Notes under the pieces: model-generated | Databases searched by the model: none | The model's input: the letters and a program-made list of their open reading frames with translations, nothing else | Told to the model about the DNA's origin: nothing | From: Spirochaetia bacterium | GTDB lineage: Bacteria > Spirochaetota > Spirochaetia > CADAEX01 | Length of the DNA: 64,000 nucleotides | Direction: 5' to 3' | Assembly: GCA_963662795.1 (NCBI GenBank) | Contig: OY759746.1 | Coordinates: 1,248,001 to 1,312,000, forward strand | Translations under genes and position numbers: made by a program | Part shown: one piece after another, positions 48,284 to 57,511 of the stretch | Position numbering within the stretch: the stretch's first letter is position 1 | Layout of the letters: each line of letters starts with the position of its first letter

Positions 48284-50284
48284 TCAGAAATTATTCTTTA
48301 TATCCCGGATCCGCTCAAGAGCCCTGATTATTTCACCGGAACTCCAGGCCTGCGCATAAGCGCCTTTTCCCTCATAAGGGCTTTCCCCGTCAAAAACTTC
48401 CGATATAAAGCCGATACCTTCGGCATTTATATGAAAATCAAGAAAATTTAAAAGATGCTTTTCAATCTCTGCCGCTTTTGCTTTTTTGTCATCAGCCGTA
48501 AAAAGCGCCGCGTCAGTATATATTCCAAACAGCCACGGCCATACAGTCCCCTGATGATAAACCCCGTCCCGCTTATCTCCATTACCCTGATATACTTTAC
48601 TGAAAAAAGAGTCAACAGGGGAAAGGGTCCGCAGTCCGCACCGTGTAAGCAATTCTTTTTCCGTAATCTCAACAAGCCTTTTTCCCTTCTCCCTGTCTAA
48701 AAGCGGATAAGGAACCGCAAGCGCATACAGCATATTGGGTCTTACGGATTTATCCTGACATCCGTCCCTGCGGACAACATCTGCAAGATAGCCTTCTTCG
48801 GGAACCCAGTAACTTTCCAGAAAATTCTGTTCGATTTTATCGGCAGCTTCGGAGGCTCTGGAAAGACCTTTCCTTTTAAAAGCCGCGCAAAGTTCAGCAT
48901 AAAACCTGAGTGCGTTATAGAATAATGCAGTTATCTCGACAGGACTGCCTCCTCTGGGAGTTACAGGTATGCCCCGGCTTTTTGCGTCCATCCATGTCAG
49001 CTGTGTATTGTCATCTCCCGCTTCAGGAAATCCTTTGCTGTTTATAACCAACCCGGGAACTTTGCCGTCAAGATATGCAGTTATTATCTTTTCAACTGCA
49101 GGAAAAATACTTTCCCTGAATTCTTTTTTCAGCTTACCGCAGGCATAAAGACACTGGGCAGCCCAGATATATAAAAGACCTGCGTCTATTGAATTATATG
49201 ATTCAAAACCCTGAGTTCCGCTCAGTGTATTGGGGATAAGTCCGTCTTTTATAAATGAAGAATATGATTGAAGGATATCAAGCCCTGCATGAGGATTGCC
49301 GCAGTATATCGTAAGACCGGGAAGGGCTATCATTGTGTCCCGCCCCCACTCTCCGAACCACGGATAGCCTGCAATGATTGAAAGCCCGCTTCTGTTTTTT
49401 ACAAGAAAATGTCTGCTTCCCTGTTTCAACGTTCTTACAGTATCATATTCACCTCTAAACTGTCTTTTTACTGCTTCTCTCTTGTTCTTTTCCCTGTTAT
49501 AGACCTCAGTAAGATAATTTTTTCCTGAACCTGGAATATCACTGCAGGCTGCCCTTAAAATAATTTTTTCGGCGGTTTTTGCATTGAAAGAAAAAGTCCC
49601 GGGCATATAGCAGTCTTCGCGGAAATCAAATCCTCTTTCCATTTCACGGAAATATTCCCTGTTTTTAAGCCAGATCCCGTTTCCGGAAAAATCAGCTTTA
49701 CCGCTGAATGTAAAGTAAAGAGGAGGCATCCTGTCATAGAAAGAGATCCTGGTGCTGTGGTCTGTTTCCGAAACAGAAGGAGAGAGATAATGGTTTTCGT
49801 GCGTAAGTTCATTTGAATTTCTGTACGCAGCAACCGGCGAAATGGAAACGGCAACGGCAGAGAAATCTTCAGCATTTTTTCTGTCCATCTTAAACGACAG
49901 ATAGACGGCAGAATCTTCCGCCATAAATATTTCGACTGTAACTGTTAATAACCCGATTCTGAAAACCCATTCAGGGAAGATTGAATTGTCAAATTTTTCA
50001 AGATATACATAACCTGCCGGATCCAGCACACCGGGATACTGGGTAGTTTCAAGCCGGTATGTCCTGCCATCAATATCTGTAACTGAAATTTCATATCCTG
50101 ACAGCAGAACATACCTCCCTTCAAATCCTTCAAGAGGTGTAACAATAAGGCCATGGTATTTTCTTGTGCTGCACATTGGGACAGTCAGGCTGCAGAACCC
50201 TCCTTTCCCGTCTGTTTCAAGCCATTCCCTGTCAAGCCATGGGCAGGGCTGATTTGTAACGCCTGCTTTCTTAATTAATTTCAT
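48284..50284 (-). CDS. Amylo-alpha-1,6-glucosidase (GDE_N + GDE_C, GH133-type)
   Basis: EWLETDGKGG..RKYHGL, IIAGYPWFGEWGRDTMI, QLTWMDA, YHQGTVWPW, QAWS; ATG at 50284 with GGAGG RBS. Confidence 0.9.
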   Translation of the reverse strand: MKLIKKAGVTNQPCPWLDREWLETDGKGGFCSLTVPMCSTRKYHGLIVTPLEGFEGRYVLLSGYEISVTDIDGRTYRLETTQYPGVLDPAGYVYLEKFDNSIFPEWVFRIGLLTVTVEIFMAEDSAVYLSFKMDRKNAEDFSAVAVSISPVAAYRNSNELTHENHYLSPSVSETDHSTRISFYDRMPPLYFTFSGKADFSGNGIWLKNREYFREMERGFDFREDCYMPGTFSFNAKTAEKIILRAACSDIPGSGKNYLTEVYNREKNKREAVKRQFRGEYDTVRTLKQGSRHFLVKNRSGLSIIAGYPWFGEWGRDTMIALPGLTIYCGNPHAGLDILQSYSSFIKDGLIPNTLSGTQGFESYNSIDAGLLYIWAAQCLYACGKLKKEFRESIFPAVEKIITAYLDGKVPGLVINSKGFPEAGDDNTQLTWMDAKSRGIPVTPRGGSPVEITALFYNALRFYAELCAAFKRKGLSRASEAADKIEQNFLESYWVPEEGYLADVVRRDGCQDKSVRPNMLYALAVPYPLLDREKGKRLVEITEKELLTRCGLRTLSPVDSFFSKVYQGNGDKRDGVYHQGTVWPWLFGIYTDAALFTADDKKAKAAEIEKHLLNFLDFHINAEGIGFISEVFDGESPYEGKGAYAQAWSSGEIIRALERIRDIKNNF

Positions 50285-50383
50285 ATGTATGTCCTCCTGC
50301 CGGTACACTAAAAACCGGGGCAATCCAGTAAAACAAAGCTATATAAAGCAGCATAAAAAAGCCGCTTATTCTTCACCGGCATT

Positions 50384-50408
50384 AAAAGCCGCCGCTCGTG
50401 CTGGCGGC
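50384..50408 (-). terminator. GC hairpin with U-tract after glgB
   Basis: Minus strand GCCGCCA-loop-CGGCGGCTTTT. Confidence 0.45.
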
Positions 50409-50409
50409 A

Positions 50410-52401
50410 TTAAAATGCCGACGTTTCACTTACGGCACTGAAGACCAGTGCGCTCCTTGCCGGCAGATAGGGGGTAATAAAGGATCTCCCCCCATCGCTG
50501 ATGGTATGAAGCTTAAGCACATCAGGCACCCTGGCAAATCCGCAGAATCCCGGCGAATCGCTATTCAGAACAAGCTCATAAACGCCTTCGGCAGTATCAA
50601 GAACATAGTCAGTATGCGATACAAAAGGACTAAGGTTCACAGCAAACAAAAGATTCCCTCTTTTATAGGAAATAACCTGTCCCGCCTCATCAATCCTTAT
50701 GTTTTCCGCGTGAGGGCCAGAAAGGACTTTACCGCAGCTTTTCAGCAGTGCCCGGTCGAAGGCGGCGAGATAGTAATACTTCAGACTTTTATCATAAGCA
50801 AGGGACCACTGTCTCCTCGCATAATGATAGGACCAGTTATTGCCCTCGCGCGGGAAGTCAATCCATTCAGGATGGCCGAACTCGTTTCCCATAAAATTCA
50901 GATATCCCTCACCGCCTATTGAGAAAGTAAGCAGCCTTATGATTTTATGCAGAGCAATTCCCCTGTCCACAATAATGTTCTGGTCCTTAATTCCCATTGA
51001 TGTATACATAAGAGCATCCATTAATCTGAATGCTATTGTCTTGTCTCCGACAAGAGCCTGGTCATGCGATTCGCAGTATGCAATACTTTTTTCAGCTTTT
51101 CTTCTGTTGCTTAACTGATACCAGATTTCACCTGCAGACCAATGTTCATCCGGTTTTTCCTTGATTATCCTGATCCAGAAATCAGGGATTCCCATTGCAA
51201 GCCTGTAATCAAAGCCAAGCCCGCCCCCGTCAGTTCTGAAAGCCATTCCCGGATATCCGCTCATATCTTCAGAAACTGTTATTGCAGATGGTTTCATTTC
51301 ATGGATAAGCTCGTTTGCAAGAGAAATATATACAAGGGAATCTTCGTCAACATCAGGTGAAAAATAATCATCATAGCTTGTATAGGATTTTCCAAGACCA
51401 TGATCAGCATAGAGCATACTTGTTACCCCGTCGAAACGGAATCCGTCCATATTATATTCGCTTAACCAGTACACGCAGTTGGAAAGGAGGAAATGGATTA
51501 CCTTCTCTTTTCCGTAATCAAAAAGCCTCGTATCCCATGCAGGATGTGTTCCGCGGGGCCCTGCGTGAAAATATTGATAATCTGTTCCGTCAAAACGGGA
51601 GAGTCCCTCATTCTCGTTTTTTACTGCATGTGAATGGACAATATCCATGATCACCCTTAGCCCTGTCTCATGACATGAATCCACAAGCGATTTAAACTCT
51701 TCAGGTGTGCCGAATCTGGATGACAGGGCGAAAAAATTCGAAACCTGATACCCGAATGATCCATAGTAGGGATGTTCCATCAGGGCCATGAACTGAATTG
51801 TGTTATACCCTGAGTCTTTTATGAAAGGGAGAACATTTTTTTCAAATTCTGCAAATGTGCCGGTTTTCCCTTCCTCCTGAGCCATTCCAATATGAGCCTC
51901 ATAGATAAGCGGAGCCTCACCGGTTGATGTATAATTGTGTTTCCATCTGTATTTTTCAGGCGGATCCCATATCTGGGCTGAAAATATTTTTGTTTTCTCA
52001 TCCTGAACAACCCGCTGTGCATATGACGGGATCCTTTCTCCGCCTCCGCCGGGCCACTTTACATACAGTTTATAAACCATTCCATGCTGCAGCATATCCC
52101 TGCTGCAGGTGAGTTCCCAGTCGTCTGTTCCATCTATGCGGCTGAACCTGTATGCATCCGCGGTTTTCCATCCTGTAAATTCGCAGACAAGATATATAAA
52201 GGAGGCGTTCGGGGCCCATTCCCTTATTATCCAGCCTTCTTCTGTTTTATGAACGCCGTAGTAAAGATGTCCGCATGCATAATCAGAAAGCCTTCTTCCG
52301 CCGGTAATCCTTTTTCTTACAGAGAGATATTTTTTATATCTTTTTTCAATTAATCCTGACCAGGGCCTTAAATAATCATCAGTTTCAAAAATTTTAAGCA
52401 T
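50410..52401 (-). CDS. glgB: 1,4-alpha-glucan branching enzyme (GH13_8-like)
   Basis: REWAPNA, IYEAHIGM, GFRFDGVTSMLY, SEDMSG, YCESHDQALVGDKT, FMGNEFGHPEWIDFPR. Confidence 0.93.
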   Translation of the reverse strand: MLKIFETDDYLRPWSGLIEKRYKKYLSVRKRITGGRRLSDYACGHLYYGVHKTEEGWIIREWAPNASFIYLVCEFTGWKTADAYRFSRIDGTDDWELTCSRDMLQHGMVYKLYVKWPGGGGERIPSYAQRVVQDEKTKIFSAQIWDPPEKYRWKHNYTSTGEAPLIYEAHIGMAQEEGKTGTFAEFEKNVLPFIKDSGYNTIQFMALMEHPYYGSFGYQVSNFFALSSRFGTPEEFKSLVDSCHETGLRVIMDIVHSHAVKNENEGLSRFDGTDYQYFHAGPRGTHPAWDTRLFDYGKEKVIHFLLSNCVYWLSEYNMDGFRFDGVTSMLYADHGLGKSYTSYDDYFSPDVDEDSLVYISLANELIHEMKPSAITVSEDMSGYPGMAFRTDGGGLGFDYRLAMGIPDFWIRIIKEKPDEHWSAGEIWYQLSNRRKAEKSIAYCESHDQALVGDKTIAFRLMDALMYTSMGIKDQNIIVDRGIALHKIIRLLTFSIGGEGYLNFMGNEFGHPEWIDFPREGNNWSYHYARRQWSLAYDKSLKYYYLAAFDRALLKSCGKVLSGPHAENIRIDEAGQVISYKRGNLLFAVNLSPFVSHTDYVLDTAEGVYELVLNSDSPGFCGFARVPDVLKLHTISDGGRSFITPYLPARSALVFSAVSETSAF

Positions 52402-52487
52402 TTTTAAATTCCTGTTTGTACTGAATAAAACTGCATACAGAAGAAATACAATAATACTAATTATATTACAGATACATAAAAATCTTA

Positions 52488-53153
52488 TTAATAATTATCA
52501 TCATCAAGATATTTATTGATAAGCGACAGGGGATAACCTTTTCTTACAAGTGATATTCTGATTTTTTCAGGGGTTCTCCCGGACCTGCGGATCTGTTTAT
52601 GGAAAGCTTTTTCAAATGCCTCCATATATGCATCACTGTCGGGAGTCAAACCCTTTAGCACATCCTCGGCAAGAATTCTGCTGATCCCTTTTCTCATAAG
52701 AGCGGCTTTAAGCATAAGAGGCGACTGGGGATTCCTGAGAAGTCTTGATGCTACCCAGTTTTCAGCATATTGCCTGTCATCAAGGATTTTTTTTTCAGTG
52801 AGTCTTTCAATTACTGTTTTTATTTCTAAGCCGGAAAAACCTCTTTTCATCAGCTTCTGCTTAAGCATAAACCCGGTGGAAGGGGCAAAAGCAAGGATAT
52901 CAAGAGCTTTGCTGTAGGCGCGACATACCATGTCCAGGTATTCAAGTTTTTCCAGAACACTGCCTGATATATCACCGGCAGAATTTATATCAAGCGACCG
53001 GGCATCTTCAGGCAAAATAAAAAAAGAGGAACTGTTCGAGAGAATAATCTCGATGAAAGTCCCTCTTTCCTTTATTTGCGATACAGAAATATTAACGTTT
53101 CGAGAACTGGAATCTTCTTCTCGCTCCCTTTCTACCATATTTCTTTCTTTCAA
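52488..53153 (-). CDS. recX: RecX regulatory protein (start uncertain, overlaps rpsI)
   Basis: [39 protein letters not shown] three-helix repeats. Confidence 0.8.
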   Translation of the reverse strand: MKERNMVEREREEDSSSRNVNISVSQIKERGTFIEIILSNSSSFFILPEDARSLDINSAGDISGSVLEKLEYLDMVCRAYSKALDILAFAPSTGFMLKQKLMKRGFSGLEIKTVIERLTEKKILDDRQYAENWVASRLLRNPQSPLMLKAALMRKGISRILAEDVLKGLTPDSDAYMEAFEKAFHKQIRRSGRTPEKIRISLVRKGYPLSLINKYLDDDNY

Positions 53154-53484
53154 CCATTCTTGAGTCTCTGGTCAGAAAACCATTCGCCCTTAATGCTGAT
53201 CTGTTGGATTCATCATACATTACCAGCACTCGTGCTATACCGTGTCTGCAGGCGCCTGCCTGTCCGGTTATACCGCCGCCTGCCACATTAACATAAATAT
53301 CAAACTTTCCTTCATTGCTGGTAACAGTCAAAGGCTGTTTAATTGTAAATATGTGTTCAGCGTTGGGGAAATAATTTTCAGCAGGTTTGCCGTTAACTAC
53401 AATTCCCCCTTTTCCGTCTCTAAGGTAAACCCTGGCTACGGATGTTTTTCTTCGACCTGTTCCTAATGCAAGATTTTTTACCAC
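53092..53484 (-). CDS. rpsI: 30S ribosomal protein S9
   Basis: [38 protein letters not shown]. Confidence 0.97.
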   Translation of the reverse strand: MVKNLALGTGRRKTSVARVYLRDGKGGIVVNGKPAENYFPNAEHIFTIKQPLTVTSNEGKFDIYVNVAGGGITGQAGACRHGIARVLVMYDESNRSALRANGFLTRDSRMVERKKYGRKGARRRFQFSKR

Positions 53485-53500
53485 TTGTTAACTCCTAATC

Positions 53501-53929
53501 CTATATTCCCGTCGCTTCAGGGTTCTGAGCTGCATGAGGATGTTCAGCTCCTGCATAAATCTTTACATTTCTGTACAGTTTGTTTCCGAGCGCCCCTTTG
53601 GGAAGCATACCCCTCACTGCCTTTTCCATTGGAAAAGTGGGTTTCCGCGCAATTACTTTTCTGTAACTTTCCACTTTTAATCCGCCGGGAAAGCGTGAAT
53701 GGCTGTAATACAGTTTTTTATCTTCTTTTCCGCCTGATACAAGCGCTTTTTCTACGTTTACAATAATCACATAATCACCGATTTCCTGATGAGGAACAAA
53801 GCATGGTTTGTGTTTACCTCTGGCAAGGTTTGCTGCCTTTACAGCAACTTTACCAAGTATTTTGCCTTCCGCGTCAATTACGAACCATTTCCTTTCAACA
53901 TCGTTCGGCTTCAAAAATATTGTTTTCAT
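53501..53929 (-). CDS. rplM: 50S ribosomal protein L13
   Basis: WFVIDA, RGKHKP, GDYVII, VRGMLPK, HPHAAQNP. Confidence 0.97.
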   Translation of the reverse strand: MKTIFLKPNDVERKWFVIDAEGKILGKVAVKAANLARGKHKPCFVPHQEIGDYVIIVNVEKALVSGGKEDKKLYYSHSRFPGGLKVESYRKVIARKPTFPMEKAVRGMLPKGALGNKLYRNVKIYAGAEHPHAAQNPEATGI

Positions 53930-53971
53930 TTATCTGCCCTTTTTCATATTTTTTTATGCATAAGACAGATT

Positions 53972-54019
53972 TCATTTCAGTTATCCAGCGTAACGGGGCT
54001 ATCAAAACTGAATTAATGA
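53972..54019 (-). promoter_or_regulatory. Putative structured rplM-rpsI leader (r-leader)
   Basis: Minus strand UCAU..UUCAGUU / AACUGAA.AUGA pairing encloses a GCCCCG-containing segment about 40 nt upstream of rplM. Confidence 0.4.
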
Positions 54020-54201
54020 TAAAATCTGCCATGCCTGTAAGCATGATTTTATATTGTACAAGAATTATCAAAAAATCCTCTTTAGTCAAGAGGTTAAAAA
54101 AGATATATTGTATTGATTTATGTGTTGGTAATTTGATAAAATATGATATGCTTCGGGGAAAAGTCAATATTATTTGAAAATTTCCGCGGAAGGGGAATAT
54201 T

Positions 54202-54666
54202 TTGGAAATTCAATTCAGAAACATTAAAAAACAGGACATAGAAAATATGCTCCAGATGTGTGCGGAAACAGGATACGAAACAAGATATGAAACCTTATCA
54301 GCAAAAGTAAGCGATATCATAAAAAACAAAAATTCTGTTATTATTGTTGCAGTGGATAATGAGAACAAGCCGGCCGGATGGATACAGCTTGAGATAAGCA
54401 ATTTTATATTTTCAGACAGGACATGCAATATACTCGGCCTTTTCGTTGACAAGAAATACAGGGGAAGGCGTATCGGAAAAAAGCTTCTTGAAAAAGCCGC
54501 GGAGTGGGCAAAAGCAAACAACTGTTTAGGACTTGAGATATATTCTGATATTACACGGATTGATTCACACGATTTCTACAGACATCTTGATTTCAAGCAT
54601 ATTAAAACACAGCAGAATTTCTATAAAAGCATGAAATTTATTGATAAAGGGCAGGCAAAAGACTGA
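54202..54666 (+). CDS. GNAT-family N-acetyltransferase
   Basis: LFVDKKYRGRRIGKKLL acetyl-CoA motif, HDFYRHLDF. Confidence 0.88.
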   Translation: MEIQFRNIKKQDIENMLQMCAETGYETRYETLSAKVSDIIKNKNSVIIVAVDNENKPAGWIQLEISNFIFSDRTCNILGLFVDKKYRGRRIGKKLLEKAAEWAKANNCLGLEIYSDITRIDSHDFYRHLDFKHIKTQQNFYKSMKFIDKGQAKD

Positions 54667-54668
54667 TT

Positions 54669-54968
54669 TTATCTTTTCATATTTTTTACAGCTTTTATAA
54701 CAAGGGCTATAATTAAAAACAGTACCGGAATATATCTGAAAACTGCATCGATCAAATCTATCCCGTACAGAACATAATTTCCCTGCAGTATAATCCCGAA
54801 AAAAATAAATGTATTATATATAACACTGGTATAATAACCCAGTACCGCAAGAACAATAAACACCCAGCTGCTGTCTCTTGTTTTTACCCATACTATAATT
54901 GCAATAAAAGCAGCAATTCCTGCAAGTATATTATCCGCAAATAAGGTAAAAACCTGCATATCCATCAA
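54669..54968 (-). CDS. Small hypothetical membrane protein (3 TM)
   Basis: 99 aa hydrophobic ORF with a 4-nt overlap to the upstream gene. Confidence 0.7.
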   Translation of the reverse strand: MMDMQVFTLFADNILAGIAAFIAIIVWVKTRDSSWVFIVLAVLGYYTSVIYNTFIFFGIILQGNYVLYGIDLIDAVFRYIPVLFLIIALVIKAVKNMKR

Positions 54969-55795
54969 TATATCCCCCTTATTACCTTATCGGCAGTTTT
55001 CAGGAATATTGCTCTCTCTCCATCCGAAATTTCCGCCGGCAGGGCTGATAAACCGGAAAAAACCGGCTGAATCAAAATCTGGTTTGCCAGAAAGGTTTTA
55101 TATACAAAAGGCTGATTGTCTTTTGTATAGCGCGGCAGAAGATATGGTGTCTTCACATCCCAGATTTTATCAATTTTTTCAATAAACTCTTTCCAGTCTT
55201 TATACGGTTCTTTTTCAATATGCTGAATCAGTCTGTAAATAATTATATTAAGTCCTGCAAGGAGTAGAGGAGAAACAGGAGTGCCGCCTGCCAAATCAGC
55301 ATCTGAAGAAAGTAAAACAACAGGGGAAAAGCTCCCTGGAAAAGGGAGCAGAGGCATAACATACCTGTGATCAGCAAGAAAGTCTTTAAGGGTAATTCCG
55401 CAAAAAGGATACCATTGGCAGATCATCCCTTTTCTGTCATAAGATGAAGTTTCAGGAAAATCCGGACACACTCTGACCTCACGGTCTTCTTTCGCGGAAA
55501 TAAATTCAGCAGCTTCCCCTGCTGTGCAGAAAACAGCGGCATTAAATGAATCCGTACCGGAGAGCTCTTTCAGCGCCCTTATAATCTTTTTTTCATATCC
55601 GGAGGAGACGCTGTAATAATTGCCTTTTTCAATTTCCTTTTTAAGGGCATTGGAAAATCCTGCCGGACGGCTTCCAAGAATTGACTTACCGTTCTCCTGA
55701 TAGAAATCGAGATATCGGATTCCGTCTTGAGAATAAAATCTGTAACCGCGGACTCTCTTTATGACAGGTGGGCTGATATTCAGGTCTAAAGGCAT
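54965..55795 (-). CDS. Hypothetical protein with a class-III aminotransferase-like N-terminus
   Basis: KRVRGYRFYSQDGIRYLDF..G.SILG resembles the class-III AT N-terminus; no DEV/PLP-Lys motif; 276 aa. Confidence 0.65.
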   Translation of the reverse strand: MPLDLNISPPVIKRVRGYRFYSQDGIRYLDFYQENGKSILGSRPAGFSNALKKEIEKGNYYSVSSGYEKKIIRALKELSGTDSFNAAVFCTAGEAAEFISAKEDREVRVCPDFPETSSYDRKGMICQWYPFCGITLKDFLADHRYVMPLLPFPGSFSPVVLLSSDADLAGGTPVSPLLLAGLNIIIYRLIQHIEKEPYKDWKEFIEKIDKIWDVKTPYLLPRYTKDNQPFVYKTFLANQILIQPVFSGLSALPAEISDGERAIFLKTADKVIRGIY

Positions 55796-55821
55796 AAGTT
55801 TGTTTCCAGTTGATCTTTATT

Positions 55822-56175
55822 TTAGTTTAAATATTTATATACTTTATCAAGCTTTCTTTTTATCAGCACATATACAACCTCAGGCAGACCAAGGTCTTTT
55901 ACCTTTTTTTTAAAAAAGTCGTTGATATAAGCAGAGAGCTCTTCAATAGTTTCATATTTTCCGGAAAGAGCATCAATTTCCTTTTCCATCTTTCTTATAC
56001 CAGCAAGCTCTGACCTGAAAGTTGAAAGGTTTTCCATAAAAACATAATCTGTAATTTTATGTTCATCAAATCTTTTCTTTAAAAGTTCCTCACCGTATTG
56101 GACATCATATTCGAGATCTTCAAGTTCAATCTTAAGAATTTTTATATATCTTTCAATTCCATGTTTTTTATCCAT
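55822..56175 (-). CDS. Hypothetical helical protein
   Basis: 117-aa ATG ORF with GGGGAG RBS; first gene of a three-gene run. Confidence 0.7.
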   Translation of the reverse strand: MDKKHGIERYIKILKIELEDLEYDVQYGEELLKKRFDEHKITDYVFMENLSTFRSELAGIRKMEKEIDALSGKYETIEELSAYINDFFKKKVKDLGLPEVVYVLIKRKLDKVYKYLN

Positions 56176-56507
56176 CTGTTTCTCCCCGTAATTACTTAAA
56201 CACTCTTATCTATATTATAGGTTCAGTGGGTAAAGAGTTCAATTATTTTCCAGTAAACAGTTGATTTAACATTGAATAATTGAAGTTAAAAAATATTTTA
56301 AAACCAACCTGTAGTTTATTTATATCTTCAATTCTTTCAACTTTAAAAGCTTCAAGAAATTTTATTACAGTGAAATGAGAACCGATCAAATAACAAATCA
56401 CAAGGTCATAAAAGTTTCAATTATATTTCATTCTTCCCAGATAGCATGTTTTAACCTTGGTCAAATTCATTTCCCCAAGGTAATCTCTCTTATAATATAC
56501 TTTTTTG

Positions 56508-57425
56508 TTAAACAGATTTTTCTTTAATTACAAGATTTTGATCAACATCATTAATAAATTTTATCAGCCCCTTAAAGTATGTTATGGGATCATCACATTG
56601 AGATAAATGACTTCCGTTAGTAGTAATACTTCTTCCATTTTGCACTTGTGTACTCATCCATTCCATATATTTTGGGTCCATGGTGTCATATTTTCCACCA
56701 ATCATTAGTGTAGGGATAGAAAGTTCTGGTAAACGACTTGAAACATCCCATCCGATTAAACTAGCATTCTTAGTGATTCCAAATTCGCTATAACCTTGCA
56801 TATAAATATAAATTTTGGAATTCAAATGCCTGAATGCTCTTTTAATGGAGTTTGGCCATTCTTGTAAAGGTTTTCTTAAAACATGTTGGGTATAATAATA
56901 TTCTGTAATTAATTCAGTATATCTCAAATTAGTATAATCTTCATTTTTCTCAAATTGTATAATTTCTTCAAACACTTCAACTGGCATTTTAGGACCCAGA
57001 ACTTCTTTTGCATATTTTTCGTACTCGCTTAAACTTGCCATCATGTTTGAAATGATGAGTCCTTTGATGTTGTTCTGATATTTTAGAGCATATTCCATAG
57101 CTAAAAGCCCTCCCCAAGACTGACCTAGCAAATAGAAATTGCTTTTATCAAGGTTTAAAGCGATGCGGACTTGTTCAACTTCTTCGACAAAGTGTTCGGT
57201 CGTCCAAAGTGCAGAATCATTTGGCTGATCGCTGTAATATGAATCGAGTTGATCATAATAAATGAACTCAATCTCTTCATTAGGGAAGTAATCTTCAAAA
57301 CATTCAAAAAACTCATGTGTTCCCCCAGGACCTCCATGAAGTAGCAATACTTTCATTGATGGATTATTACCAACACGTTTAGTCCAGACATTAAATGTTC
57401 CTTTTTTTGTAGTTATGGTAATCAC
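56508..57425 (-). CDS. Proline iminopeptidase-family alpha/beta hydrolase (S33)
   Basis: LLHGGPG, YDQL, GQSWGG (Ser), GGKYDT (Asp), NGSH (His); AGGAGGT RBS 5 nt before GTG. Confidence 0.9.
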   Translation of the reverse strand: MITITTKKGTFNVWTKRVGNNPSMKVLLLHGGPGGTHEFFECFEDYFPNEEIEFIYYDQLDSYYSDQPNDSALWTTEHFVEEVEQVRIALNLDKSNFYLLGQSWGGLLAMEYALKYQNNIKGLIISNMMASLSEYEKYAKEVLGPKMPVEVFEEIIQFEKNEDYTNLRYTELITEYYYTQHVLRKPLQEWPNSIKRAFRHLNSKIYIYMQGYSEFGITKNASLIGWDVSSRLPELSIPTLMIGGKYDTMDPKYMEWMSTQVQNGRSITTNGSHLSQCDDPITYFKGLIKFINDVDQNLVIKEKSV

Positions 57426-57511
57426 TTCATACCTCCTGTAATTAGATCAATTCTTATCGGAATAATCATAATAATTTGATTTAAACTAATCAGATTATAT
57501 ATCTTTCATGA

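Noticed and set aside
50350-50421. Repeated cggcattaaaa words as a CRISPR or REP array
   Set aside because: Only two or three short copies forming local hairpins; no spacer structure and no cas genes.
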